Source: Geosiphon pyriformis uo1 (lineage: Eukaryota; Fungi; Glomeromycota). Taken from it: 64,000 nucleotides of DNA. Below the pieces are notes generated by a model. The model was not told the DNA's origin and searched no databases. It saw only the letters and a list, made by a program, of their open reading frames with translations. The translations under genes and the position numbers were made by a program. Location of the stretch: positions 132,976 through 196,975 of the forward strand of contig JAAOMT010000752.1 in NCBI GenBank assembly GCA_016748015.1, in the 5' to 3' direction. This document shows, piece after piece, positions 51,701 to 64,000 of the stretch (positions within the stretch are counted from its first letter, which is position 1; every line of letters starts with the position of its first letter).

Positions 51701-54700
51701 ACCAACTGCCACTATTTATAATTCCTACATCCACCACACTCTACAACAATTCAATTATTGATGGCCAAGGCTTGTATGCATCGATTGCAGTAAGAAACTG
51801 TCGTTAATGGGTGCATGCTGTGGTGACAATGAGAAATACCACACCGCAACAAAGTTTTACTGTTGTCTATGCTTACTCGAACACTTTGGATGACCAAAGA
51901 AGCAAGGAAAATGAGATAACCAATCTTGTCTTGCTTGTAGGAAGACCCTGCTAGATGAAGGGATGTGGAATAACATCCCAAGATGTGGAAGAACATATGA
52001 CATGTCATGTCAATACATGATTCTAATAAGTGACTGGGTAAAAAAAAGAACACCAATAGAAGCAGCCTGGAGAAGAGCTGTGCAGCAACTAAACAGTTGT
52101 CCACATGACAATGACAAAATTTGGAGAATGGCAATTGACAAAATAAAAGGAGCAATACCCAAAGAGATCAGAGAAATCAAAAACAATCTACCAGAACCTA
52201 TCAAGCTTGACTGGAACACAGAGCCAGTCATAAATTTTCTGGAACCAGAAGAGTTCCATGAACACTACCAGAACTTGGCACTCACTAGAGAAGAGCAAGA
52301 ACAATGGCTAGCACAGTTGAATACAAGACTGTGTCACTATTGTTTAATTTCTAGTGACTTTGAATATTGTGATAATTGTAATCCCATTTACAATCCACTA
52401 CCATGCATGATCTACATAATCCCTGAAAAGGAAAAACCAATTAGCAGCTGCGCATCAGAATCAGAATTGCCACTCGATTCTAATTCAAACCCTGACAATG
52501 ACAATGACAAGAATAATAGTTCCAGCTCTGTTCAAAACAGCAATAACAATAACAACAATATCAACTCAGATTCAAACTCTGACTCAAACAATAAACAATA
52601 TATCGCGCTTCCTGACCTCATCAAAGAACAAGAACTGAAATGGTTCAGTGATAATAATGAAGGTATTATGTCAGAACACGTGCATGATACTGATGCAGGA
52701 TTTGATCTAAGATATCCGGAAACAGAAGCCATTAAATTGGAACCACATACACGCACCTGCATCGATTTGAAAATAGCACTGGAAATTCTAGCAACAACAA
52801 TGGTTCAATTAGCATTTAGGAGTAGTTTAGCGAAAAAAAAGATTAATATAAGAAGAGAAATAATTAATGCATAATATGTAGGAAATATTATCGCTATGCT
52901 ACAAAATAACTCGGAAAAGACTTATATAATAGAGCCCAATGAAAAGATAGCACAGGCAATATTTCTGCCTCTGGTTAGAGTAGCTCAGTTAGTATCAGTA
53001 GAAAAGAAAGAGGAATTAGGAATAACAGTGAGAGGAATACAGGGATTTGGGTTAACAGGTAGAATAGATATACCAATTAATATGGCGGAGGAAGAAATTG
53101 TTGACCAAGGAAAAATTATCTCAACCAGTCAAGCTATTTTTATTCCACCATATAACCAGTACATGCTAGCAATAAAAAGGAAGGAAAAAGACCAAGCACA
53201 AATTTTTGAAGCAGAAGCCAGTCTTTGTGAATTAGGAGAAGTTGGACTCATTAATCTTCACATACCAGCCAAAGATTACAGCCACATCAAAATTTCCATC
53301 TACAGCAACACAGGAAATGTTATAGTAATACCAGCCAGAATCATCATTGGATACTTAAACACTAAAATAAAGGATCAACTACCAAACTCTATTCCAGACT
53401 TTCCACAACTTTGTGGATATGTCAATATCACATCACAAACAATATACAGATGAAGTGAATGTTATTTGCTCCAACCAGAACAATTGGAACAAATGAACAT
53501 GGGAAACTTAAATCCACCCCAATGTATGCAACTCAAGATGTTGTTCAACCAGTTTAATGACATCTTTGCCAGTGAAAATAAGTTTGGCCGAACTGACATC
53601 ATCCAGCATCAGATCAAGATTGGAGATACAATGCCAATTAAAAAAAGAGCATACAGAATGCCACCAGCCAGCCATGAGATTATTTGTTAAGAAATAAACT
53701 GAATACTTGACAATGGGCTAATTCAGCTATTAATGAGTCCATAGTTATTACCAGTGATATTTATTCATAAGAAAAATGGAAAGATCCAATTTTGTGTAGA
53801 CTACAGGAAACTCAATAGTGTAACTCGTAGAAACAGCTATTCAACTTTATGGATACAGAAATTATTCAATGCTTTTGGCGGGAACAAATGGTTCTCAATA
53901 TTAGACTTAGACAGTGGTTACTAACAAGTGGCCATGGATTCAGCTGACAAAAAGAAGACAGCATTTACCACGAGAGAAGAGAATTTTGAATTTGAAATAA
54001 TGTCATTTGGTTTAACCAATGCACCAGCCACTTTCCAATGGCTAATTGAAATTGTCTATACTGGCTTATTGTGGAAATCAGTAGTTGTATACTTGGATGA
54101 CACCAATGTATTCTCAAAAACATTTGATGATCATCTTCATCATTTTCAACAAGTGTTTGAAAGACTAAGAAGAGCAGGACTAAAGTTAAATGCAACAAAG
54201 TGCTTCTTTGGCAAAACAGAACTAAAATTCTTGAAACATATAGTCAGCAAAGACAGCATCAAAACGGATCCAGAGAAAATAGAGATAGTAAAGAACTTTT
54301 CAGTGCCAACCAATATGACAGAACTGAAATCATTCTTGAGATTTGCCAGCTACTATTGACGTTTTATCAAGAACTTTTCCAAGATAGCGCAGCCACTCAA
54401 CCAACTGCAAACCAAGAATACAAAATATGAATGGACAGAAAGTCAACAAAAAGCTTTTAATATTCTGAAAAGAAAACTCATTCAAGCTTTAGTACTGATC
54501 TATCCAGATCACAGCAAACCATTTATCATCACCACTGATGCATCTAGCCAAACATTGGGAGCAGTATTATCTCAAAAAGAACCAGACGGCAGAGAACATC
54601 CAATAGCATATGCCAGCAGAGGTTTAACACCAGCCAAAAAGAACTATGGAACACTGGAACAAAAACACTTAGCAATATACTGGTTAGTCATGAAATGAAA

Positions 54701-54893
54701 AGAATACTTGAGCCAGAAGTTTGAAGTATACACAGATTACAAGGGATTAACATCACTCCAAAAACAAGAATTTGGAGATGGAAGACAGTCAAGATGGAAA
54801 ATGGCACTCACACCATACAATTATACTATACATTACAAAAAAGGAAAAGACAACGGAAATGCTGACGGTTTGTCATGAATGAGACAAATCTAA
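48721..54893 (+). pseudogene. Element C polyprotein Gag-PR-Cys-rich-dUTPase-dUTPase-like-RT-RNase H
   Basis: ORF pieces 49800, 50100, 51963, 52896, 53466, 53928 and the terminal TAA (54891) share one frame. LILDSGS, DAGFDLRY, RGIQGFG, YLDD, TDAS; ends ADGLS(R)MRQI*. Confidence 0.9.
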
Positions 54894-54955
54894 GAACATT
54901 TTAACACAAAAATATAACAAAACCAAAACAATATCAACGAAAAATATAACAAAAG

Positions 54956-56338
54956 ATGAACATACAAAAATATCAACAACTTCAACATTATATAAACACT
55001 TAACAGTTCAAGGAGAATTTATCTCAAATGGAATGAAAGAGTATCAAACAACAATCAAAATATTTTATCACTCACTAAAATATATTTTATTAGAAAAATA
55101 GAAAAAATCTAGATCAACCAACCAGAGTAATTACAGAGCCAAAAAAAGAGACAATATTATTTAACATGTACTCAAATCTAACAACAGGACATTTTCATAA
55201 AGAAGCAACCATAGAAAGAACCAGAAAAAGATACTATTAGCCATCAATATATCCAGACATCATCCAATATGTTCAAAATTGTGATGCTTGTCAGTGAAGA
55301 AGAGGTACAAAACCCAGTGAACCATTAAGACCAATCAAAATAGAACAACTATTTGACCATGTTGGAATTGATCTAGTCAAACCATTAACAATTACCAGTA
55401 GAGGAAACAGGTACATAGCAATAGCCATGGACTATCTCACTAAATGGCCAGAGACGAAAGCAATTCAAAGAGCGGATGCAGAATCCATTGCCAAATTTGT
55501 TCATTAGAATTTGATCTGTCAACATGGATGTCCAAAAGAATTATTATCAGATCAAGAAACTTATTTTGTGAACAAAACATTAACAGAATTGAGCCAAAGA
55601 TTCGGAATTAAGAGACCACTATCATCACTATACCATCCACAAACCAATAGATTAGTTGAAAGATTTAACAGAACATTGTGTAAAGCAATAGCTAAACTCA
55701 GCCAAGAAAACCAGAACAATTGGAATTTGTTGATACCATCAGTACTATTTGCTTATTGGACAATGAAGCAAGATACTACACAAGCAACACTATTTGAATT
55801 AGTATATGGTAGAACAACAACACTACCAGTGGAAATAGAAGTCAGCACATACTCAACCAAATCAATAACAAAAGAGAATTTCAAAATTACATTGTTGAGA
55901 AGAACATATGACTTAATGGAAACATTAGAAAACAAATAATGAAGAACAGCTGATAATATACAAAAGTCACAAAAGAAACAAAAAAAAAGACATGATAACC
56001 AACTACCAGATAAACCAGTTGAATTCAGGATTAGAGACAAAGTACTACTACATCATACCAAAGCGGAAAAACAATGGAGTGAAAAATTTGACCCTAAATA
56101 AGATGGACCATTTTACATAGAAGAAATTCTAGGAAATGGAGCTTACAAATTAAGATTGAATAACAAAATCTTGACCAAAGCAGCACATGGAAATCAACTG
56201 AAACCATACCATCATATAGCATTATCATCTACCAGTAATATTTCACAATTAGAAGTACAGAGAATATTAGTCCAACCAGATAAAATTCCACAAGATCTGG
56301 AACCAATCATTATCATTGACAACAACATGTCCAATTGA
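54956..56338 (+). pseudogene. Element C integrase (separate ORF, out of frame with RT-RH)
   Basis: ATG MNIQK at 54956; GHFH..CDAC; GIDLV; SDQETYF; VERFN; DGPFYI. Confidence 0.88.
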
Positions 56339-56391
56339 TTGACAAAAGAATATATAAGAACATAGTCGACGTGACAGAAGAGATCAGAAAA

Positions 56392-57021
56392 ATGGAGATT
56401 ACAGACAATATCCATTCACTAGTCCAACAAATTTTTCAATTAATCCAACACCAGAAGATAGAAATTACTATCAATTAACAAACCATTCATTACAAAAATA
56501 CAGCAAAGATACCACAAAACAAAGCACAGAAAAGACTTAAAAATGTGGTCGACAAGATCATGACCAAGATAAAATTGGCCATGAAAGAACAACAAATAGT
56601 CAAATTACACCAAGAACTTACCAGAGAAACTTGGAATTGGTGGATACAACAATTTCCAAAAAACTATTGTTATTTTTACTTGGGACAACATGTAAATATC
56701 CAGAACTTGTACACCGACAAAACAAAATGGTTATTCAACATTATAGTATTGGGACAACTAGAACAATTTGTGGAAAAGAACAATCTAACCACACAAGTTC
56801 GAGCCATTTACTGGCTATATATGGGATTTTAAGACTGATCAGAAATCTTACTCAATACAGCAATGGATACAGTTACGAGTAATCAATTGGGAAAAATGAC
56901 CAATGCCCAATTTGAAAAACTACAAAATAAAATAACACAAGTAATACTTGAAAAAAAAGTTCAAGAAATAATCTAAGAAAAGGAATTAAAAGAATTAAAT
57001 TTTGACAGAGCTCAATATTAA
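56392..57021 (+). pseudogene. Element C ORF3 (unknown, env position)
   Basis: MEITDNIHSLVQQIFQLIQHQKIEITIN*QTIHY...YFYLGQ...VRAIYWLYMGF...FEKLQNKITQVIL...NFDRAQY*, in one frame with point stops. Confidence 0.75.
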
Positions 57022-57034
57022 AAGGAGGGGATAA

Positions 57035-57924
57035 TGTTACTCATAAAATATAGGAAATATAGTATTATTAGTCAGTAGATATTAGCCAATCAGAGGTAGA
57101 TGTAGTAAATGTGGAATTCCAGAATTTCTCTCAGAGGAATTACAGAATTCCAGGAATTTCAGGATTCCCCGACGAAGAATTACAGGATTCTAAAATTCCA
57201 GGATTCTTTTCATCAGGAATTGTAGGATTCTAGAAATCCTAGGATTCCTGTCGCAAAGAATTGAGGAATTGAGAAATCTCAATTATGTATATATAGCAGT
57301 AGTATTAGAAGCTGAAAAGACAGACCTCTCAATTTAGATTTAATCTAAGCAACCTTTCAGTTTCCAATCATCAAATAAATAATTATTCCATATCTTAACC
57401 CACTCTTCACTATTAACACTTCATGTTGATAGTAATTGATACTTAACCACACTAGAACAATAGCTCTTGATCACAGCTATTGACAAGATACTAATGTACT
57501 AAATTGCCTTGGCTTATTTTCTCTATTTTCTTTATTTTTAATTTTTTTATTTTATTTTCTTTCTTTCTTTGATTTTGTTGTTGTATACTAATTGATTAAA
57601 AAATTAAGCACTGAGTTATTGACATCAAGAATAGTCTGGTAAAAGACCCAGAAATAAGAGTAGGATTTTATATATTATTAGATAGCTTACCAGAAGGACA
57701 TGACTGCCAGACTAAATCTGACCACCACGCTAAGAAAGAAATTGGGAAAACTCTTGGAAAAATACATTTACTATTAACACTATTGAATCTCTGTCCATTA
57801 TACAAAGGACTCCATCAAAACCTTTAGATACAACACTTACAGAACATCATCAATGGAAGTAGCTTTTGAGCACCAAGTTACAGGTTTGTTATTAATTCAA
57901 CAATAGAAATAATCATCTGTAATA
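57035..57924 (+). repeat. 3' LTR of element C
   Basis: Direct repeat of 47786-48658; ends TGTAATA; carries about two more short repeat units than the 5' LTR. Confidence 0.92.
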
Positions 57925-58256
57925 TTGTCCTCACCTGAATCAATATAGCTTGTCTTCTCAGCAACTAAGTTCTCCAAATTCTCGACATTCAAAAGACCAC
58001 TTACACTGCCAGAAATGCTATCCACTTTGCTTCTCCAGAATGCTGCCAGCTTACCATTGTTACCACTCAAATCTTCCAAACGTAGAGGACCAGCAGATAA
58101 CTCAACCAAAACACCAGCTGCAGGCTTTTTAGGCTTTTTGTAAAATGCACTACAGGTGTAGACCATATCAACATGCTTGTTTTTAGCACTCTGGTGGGTC
58201 CCCAAACCAGCCGAACCCGAACCAGAACCACCAGCAAATAACCCCACCAGTTCCAT
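57925..58256 (-). pseudogene. LINE-5 ORF1, 5' part (MELVGLFAGGSGSG...)
   Basis: ORF 57897..58334(-); homologous to degenerate LINE-4 ORF1 starting at ~14329. Confidence 0.85.
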
Positions 58257-58407
58257 TGCAACGAATAAAGATAAGTTAGAAGAAATAGTTAATAGGGACT
58301 GAGGGGAAAGAAAAAAAAAAAGCAATTTCTTCAAAATTATTTTTTACTCTCATTGTGATCAGGGGATTGACGAGAGAAAGATTCTTATATATTATAAATT
58401 TTTCTGT

Positions 58408-58643
58408 AAATTATATATATTAATTCTTAATTTTTATTAGTGTTTTTTAATTTAATTAAATAACTAAATTATATTATATTTTTTATTATTGTTAAACTAA
58501 TTATTAATCTTTTATTTTTTATTTACCAACTAATTTTGTTGATTAAATATAATAATATAGACTTTTTTATATAATTTTAATAATAATTTCTATAATATAT
58601 ATTATAATTTTGCATTAAAAACTATAAAAATCTGCAGATAATA
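58408..58643 (-). repeat. Degenerate family-D LTR fragment (terminus at ~58643)
   Basis: Collinear with 530-791 (e.g. ATAATATAGACTTTTTTATATAATTTTAA vs ATAATGTAGGCTTTTTTCGCATAATTTTGA). Confidence 0.6.
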
Positions 58644-59329
58644 TTTTTTTATTTTTATAAAATAAGCTTCAGTAAATTGTTAAAATTTTTTTTTTTATAA
58701 AAAAATCAAAGTTTTTTAAGATAAAAATCTGTAATATTAATAGTTATTTTTATATTAACAACAAAAAAAATTATATATTAATAACAAAAAACATAATTTA
58801 AAAATCTCTTAGCAATAATAATGCTTTTTTTAATAATATACATAATTTTATATATAATTACTAACTATAGTATATATACATAATTATATGAATTGTTTTA
58901 GTATTTAAAAGTATAAAAAAAGAGTTAAATAGATTATTAAAACAAAAAAAAATATTTTATTACTATTTATTTTTGAATAAAAACAGTTTAATATAAGTTT
59001 TTATAAAAAAAACCAATTAAATTTCATAGAAATACATGAAAAAAACTAACAAAAAATTAAAACTATTCAATTAAAACATAATTAAAATTTTTTTAATTAA
59101 TTATTAGAAATATATAGTATTCAAAAATTTAGTTTTAAAAGTAAAAATAAAAAAATTATTAATAAATTTATAAAAAAAACATAATTAAAATATTTAATTA
59201 ATTAAAATATTATTATTAAGATTATATTTTTAATATTTTAATAAAAACAAGATTAGGTAATAAAACTAATAGTTTATTTAATAAAATAAAACATAATATA
59301 AAATATTAATAATATATTTTTAAGAAATA

Positions 59330-59990
59330 AAAAATAATAAGAAATATAAAAAACTAATAATAAATATATAATATATTTAAATATTAATAAGAAATATTTA
59401 AAACTTAAAAAAAAATATATATAAAAGAAATAATTATTTATTTATTATAAAACTATAAAAAAAAATTGGCTTAATATAAAACTAATGTTTTTTTAACTTA
59501 TAAAAAGACTATATATATAGGTTAATTACATAAAATTTATATATTATATTAAGACTATTTTAGATATATTAATTATTTATATATATTAAATTGATTAATT
59601 TAATATGTTATTTTTTTAAAAGCTAGTAATTTAGATAATTAAATTTAAATAACTAAATTTTAAACTGTAATTATAATTAACATAATCAAATATATATTAA
59701 TTAATTATATTTTTTAATAACTATTTTTAATTATAATTACAAATCTAAATTATTAAATTATATAAATAAAAATGTATAAAAATTTTAAAATATAACAAAA
59801 TCTATTGTTATCAAATTATATGTATTAATTTTTAATTTTTATTCGTGTTTTTTAGTTAATTAAGATTTTTTGTATTTAATTTAAATAAATAATTATATTA
59901 TATTATATTTTTTATTATTGTTAAACTATTTACTAATCTTTTATTTTTTATTTGCTAATTGATTTTATTAATTAAATATAATAAAATAGA
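59330..59990 (-). repeat. Second heavily degenerate family-D LTR copy
   Basis: Collinear with 5-705 (e.g. AAAAGACTATATATATAGGTTAATTACA vs AGAGGCTGTATATATAGCTAAATTACA). Confidence 0.6.
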
Positions 59991-59995
59991 TAATA

Positions 59996-62900
59996 AATTT
60001 AAATATAAAACTTTTTTTCTCTTATGTTAAAAATTCCTTAAAGAGCATAATTTTGAAAAAAAAGTTTTTTTTTTGTTTTTTTTGTAGTTTTCTTTTAATA
60101 TTTTTTAACTTAATAACTTTTTTGTTGTGAACTTAAAAACTGTTTTAAGTAGTAATATGTTTAAAAAAAAATATATTTAAAGAGTTTTTTTATAATTCTG
60201 CTAATGGTTTTTTTTTCTATAAAAGAAAAAGATTGTTTTTGGTAATATTAAACACTTTAGTAATAAAAAAAATGTTTTTTTGGTCAAATTTAGTCTTAAT
60301 AGTAGTGTGTATTTGAATATAAACAATGAATTTAGTAATAATAAAAACAATAATATTATAATTAGCATTAATAATAAATTTTTTCTAAGTTTGACTATTA
60401 CTATTTTTAAAACCAAAAAAATAAATACTAGTTTGAATTGTGGCTTTTTCTTTGGTGTTTTTGATTTTAAAATAAAAAAAAATATCAAACTTTTTTTATC
60501 TCTCTTTAATATTTCTTTAGATAAAAAATAAATCAATTTCAAGATTGTCAAAACTCAAATAAAAGTGTTAATTAAGAAGTTATTTGCTTTGGATATTAAT
60601 TTTTTAGTAATAAAAAACAAGTTGACTATAGCAAAAACTTAATTTATCAAAAAAACTTTTTAATTTAATGGTTTTGAAAGGATTATTACTTCCTTAAAAT
60701 TTAAAAAAATTATTAAATTTATGTTTACATCAAAAAAAAACATGGAAAAAAGAATTATTATAAACAATAATCTTAAAAAACAAGAATTTTATTTAGATTA
60801 AACTGTAATTATCAAAAAAATTCTTATGAATATGCCAAAAAATAATTATTACTGCAGTATTTAAATTTGGTCAAATTGTATCAATCTAATTACAACTAAT
60901 TAGATTATAACAGAAGACTATAATAGAGTTTATTAAATCAAGTTAAGCAGATTAATTAACATTTAGGTAATTATTTCTAATTGGAAAAGATTTAGTGTAT
61001 ATGACTAAAACTATAAAAGATTGCAATATTTAAATATTAAGAAATTGGTTTAAAATACTTCTGTTTATTTTGTTGATAAAAACAAATAATTATAATTTTA
61101 GTGTTTTATTAAAAAAAATTAATAAGAAAACTTGTGTTATTAATCATTTATTTAAAACTAGTAATAAAGTTTATTGTACTGTAATTGGTTTTATTTTAAA
61201 AAAAAATTTAATATTAGTTTTTTATACAGAATTAATCTTGAGTAATATAAACTTTTTTGGATTAAATTGGGTTTAATTTGCTGTAAAAAGTGTGGGCATT
61301 TTGGATATTTATTTCTTGAATATAATTCTTAAAAGTTAACTGCTTTTGTTTTAAAAAAATTTATAAGAAATTTATTTTAGATAAAAATTGTCTTTAGCTG
61401 GCTCATTTTTACACAAAAAAATGTTTTCATCTCTCAACCAGCTGCTTTTGGTGACAAGTTTTGAGTACAGATGGTTTTTTTAATTGCTGTTTCTGTACAT
61501 ATTTACTTTGAATCTCTCTTTATATCTTTTTTTTTTGGTGTTTTTCATTTTAATATTGTTTTTTTTATGTTTTAAAAAAGGTTTTTAATTGACAATCAGT
61601 TGACATTTTTAAAATAATCATTAAAACTGCTGGTTAATTAGGTTTTTAGTATTATATACAGACTAAATAACATAAATTTAATGTCTCTAATTTTTGTTTT
61701 TCTATTTTTATTTTCTGTTATGACTAATATAATAATTTTATGTTTTGATTTAAGCTTGAATATGGTTTTGGATAATTTATAAATATTATTTTTCTTTTTT
61801 TTGTTGGTAATAGAAAAGGTTTTAGATTTGAATACAAACAGTTCTAAAATTTTAACTTTTAAGATTGGCCATCTAAAATTGAAATTAATTGCTTTTAAGA
61901 TATCTATTTCTTCTATTTTGAAGATATTAAATTAGCTGTGTATTAACTTAAATTCTGTGGTATTTTCTATATTTCAATAATAAATTTAATTTGAAAATTG
62001 CTATATACAATATTAAAGATATGAATAATATAACTAAACAAAAGAATATTGTTTATTGGCATATAAAATCTAATTATATAGTATTTATTATTACAAAAAT
62101 AAAGCTGAGATTTAACATTAAATTATAGATTGCAAATAAGTTTGATAAAGTTTAGATTTTTACATTTGGTTAAAACAAGAGTTTTTTGGTGATAGTATAA
62201 TTATAATTGTAAATATTTTTCTGGTTTATTATGTTTTAAAGATTAAAAAAGTCTCTGGTTAGCTAATCAGTTGGTTTTTGTTTATTTGCTTTTTAAAAAT
62301 AAATTTTTGGTTATGATTTTGGGTTTGTTGCTTTTGCTAAAGCAAAAGCTGCACTAGTTTTAAAAGTAAATATTATTATTGTTAATATAGTAAATTCTAG
62401 TTTATTTGTAATCTTGAAAAAAAATTTTAATAAGAATAATTTTAAAAAAGTTTGAATTACAAAAAGTGTATAGATTTGAATCTGATTAATGTTTTTTGAA
62501 GTTTTTTTTTGGTTAAGACATTTATATAGAGCAATTTAAAAAAGATTAAAAAATTATTAATTTTGTCTTTTATAAGTAATAATTTGTTGTTTTTATTGAC
62601 TGGTTAGATAGTTGAAAATGTTTCAGAATTCTTTAATACAAATTATAAAGTTGTTTTATTTTTGGTAAAACTGGTAGTTTATTAAATACTCACATGAATA
62701 ATGTTTACAAACAGACTAACAAAAATTATTAAAAATTTATGATTAAAGATGCTGATAGTATTAAATAAATTAGTTTTCAAAACTTTTTTGCAGCCAGACT
62801 TTTATTAATAATTAATAAATTTAATAATATAAAAGAGAGGGATAATTTGGATATAATGTAAAGACTTTTAAAAAATTTGATATTGAAATTAACAGACAAA

Positions 62901-64000
62901 CTATTTTTTAAACAATAGTATAGTAAAGCCAAATATTTTTCTATTAAACAATTATTAAGATTTTTCAGATTAAAATTATTGGTTGCCAAAGTAATAAAGA
63001 CTCTAAAATTAGGTAATATGTTTAGAACTAATTTTTTTTGCATGTTTAATTAGTTATTAATAATATCAATACTTCTAAAATATAAACATTAATTTATAGT
63101 AATGCTAAATTAATTAAAATTTTTGGCTACTTGTTAAAAATCCAAAAAAATTATTATAAGTCGAAAATATGTAAATCAAGATTATTAAAACATCTGTTAT
63201 CAAGTATCTAATTAAAAAAAAAATAGTTCAAATAAGAGCTATATGATCAAAAGTATATTGAAAAAACTATTTTATAAGATAATGTTAAATTATTTAGTAG
63301 TTGATAAAGAACTGATTTTAAAATTTAAAAATATTAAGATTAAGATTAATATTATTATAGAAAGTTAAACCAGAAAGCAAGTGGTTTCTAAATTATTGTC
63401 TGAATTTTGAGCTAATTAATATGTTTTTTTAAGTTATATAAATAATAGTGCTTTTTTAAATATTATAAATGTTATTGGTTTTGAGAAATTGATTTAAGTA
63501 ATCAGAATTTTATTAAACAAAAGATTGTAAATTTAAATAATATTTCAAATAAATTATAAAAACATTATAATAATAAGATTTTTAAGTGTTTTTTAGTTTT
63601 TTTAAACTTATGTCTAATTTTGGATATAATTTTAATTTTGTGAAAAAAAGCATGAGTTTTGATAATACCTAAACTTTATAAATAGAATAAGGTTTTAATA
63701 AATATTTAGTTTATTACTCTAATTGAAGCAGTTAAGAAAATTCTTTTTAAAATTTTTTTAAATTAAATTTCATTTGCTTATAACAGATTTAGTGTTTTTT
63801 GTAAAGATAATTTTTTTGTTTTAAAAGATATTTTAATACAGTTTTCTATTTTTGCTGTTGGTTCAATAATTAAAAATACTTTAAAAAAGAACAGAAAATT
63901 TTGATTGGTTTTGTAAAATATACACAAAATATATAATTTTGTTAAATAATATTATTTGAAAACTAGTTTGCAGTATATTAAGATATATAAAAATTTATTA
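59996..64000 (+). pseudogene. LINE-6: very degenerate LINE (third ORF1 variant), truncated by the window end within RT
   Basis: ORF1-like GFERIITSLKF, CKKCGHFGY knuckle and PAAFGDKF. The ORF2 start at ~61977 resembles other copies; it ends near the LQDMRKAYD-equivalent. Confidence 0.7.

Larger units (their letters stand above)
47786..57924 (+). mobile_element. Ty3/Gypsy LTR retrotransposon C (dUTPase-encoding; internal region close to A)
   Basis: LTRs 47786-48658 and 57035-57924; PBS TTTGGTGCTCTCTGTAAGG; PPT AAAAGGAGGGGATAA; TSD TCAT/TTGT (from TCGT). Confidence 0.93.
41406..58407 (-). mobile_element. LINE-5: full-length LINE (best preserved ORF2) split by Gypsy C; 13-bp TSD AAATTATATATAT
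   Basis: T-tail at 41406; TSD at 41392-41404 / 58408-58420; ORF1 rejoins in frame across C (G-E-D-D-K-M). Confidence 0.9.

Overview
Eukaryotic, very AT-rich, CpG-depleted repeat region. It is probably fungal: the TE proteins recall Glomeromycotina/Geosiphon-type 'hypothetical proteins' from memory, which I have not verified. I see no host gene; the 64 kb is nested, pseudogenised retrotransposons. (i) Three full-length Ty3/Gypsy LTR elements with 4-bp TSDs: A 15444-34775, B 20148-29741 nested in A, and C 47786-57924. There is also a solo LTR (37056-37956) and several older LTR remnants. (ii) Six copies or fragments of LINE-type non-LTR elements (ORF1 with RRM-like/CCHC domains; ORF2 APE-RT-RNaseH-CCHC). 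The most unusual signal is the shared architecture of the Gypsy elements. One frame encodes extended Gag, protease, a ~250-300 aa Cys-rich domain, dUTPase, a dUTPase-like domain, RT and RNase H, and ends at a conserved stop right after RNase H. The integrase follows as a separate ATG-initiated ORF, then a conserved non-env ORF3 before the PPT. All copies show strong C>T/G>A hypermutation, CpG and non-CpG, that increases with nesting age. There is one assembly gap (25319-25768).
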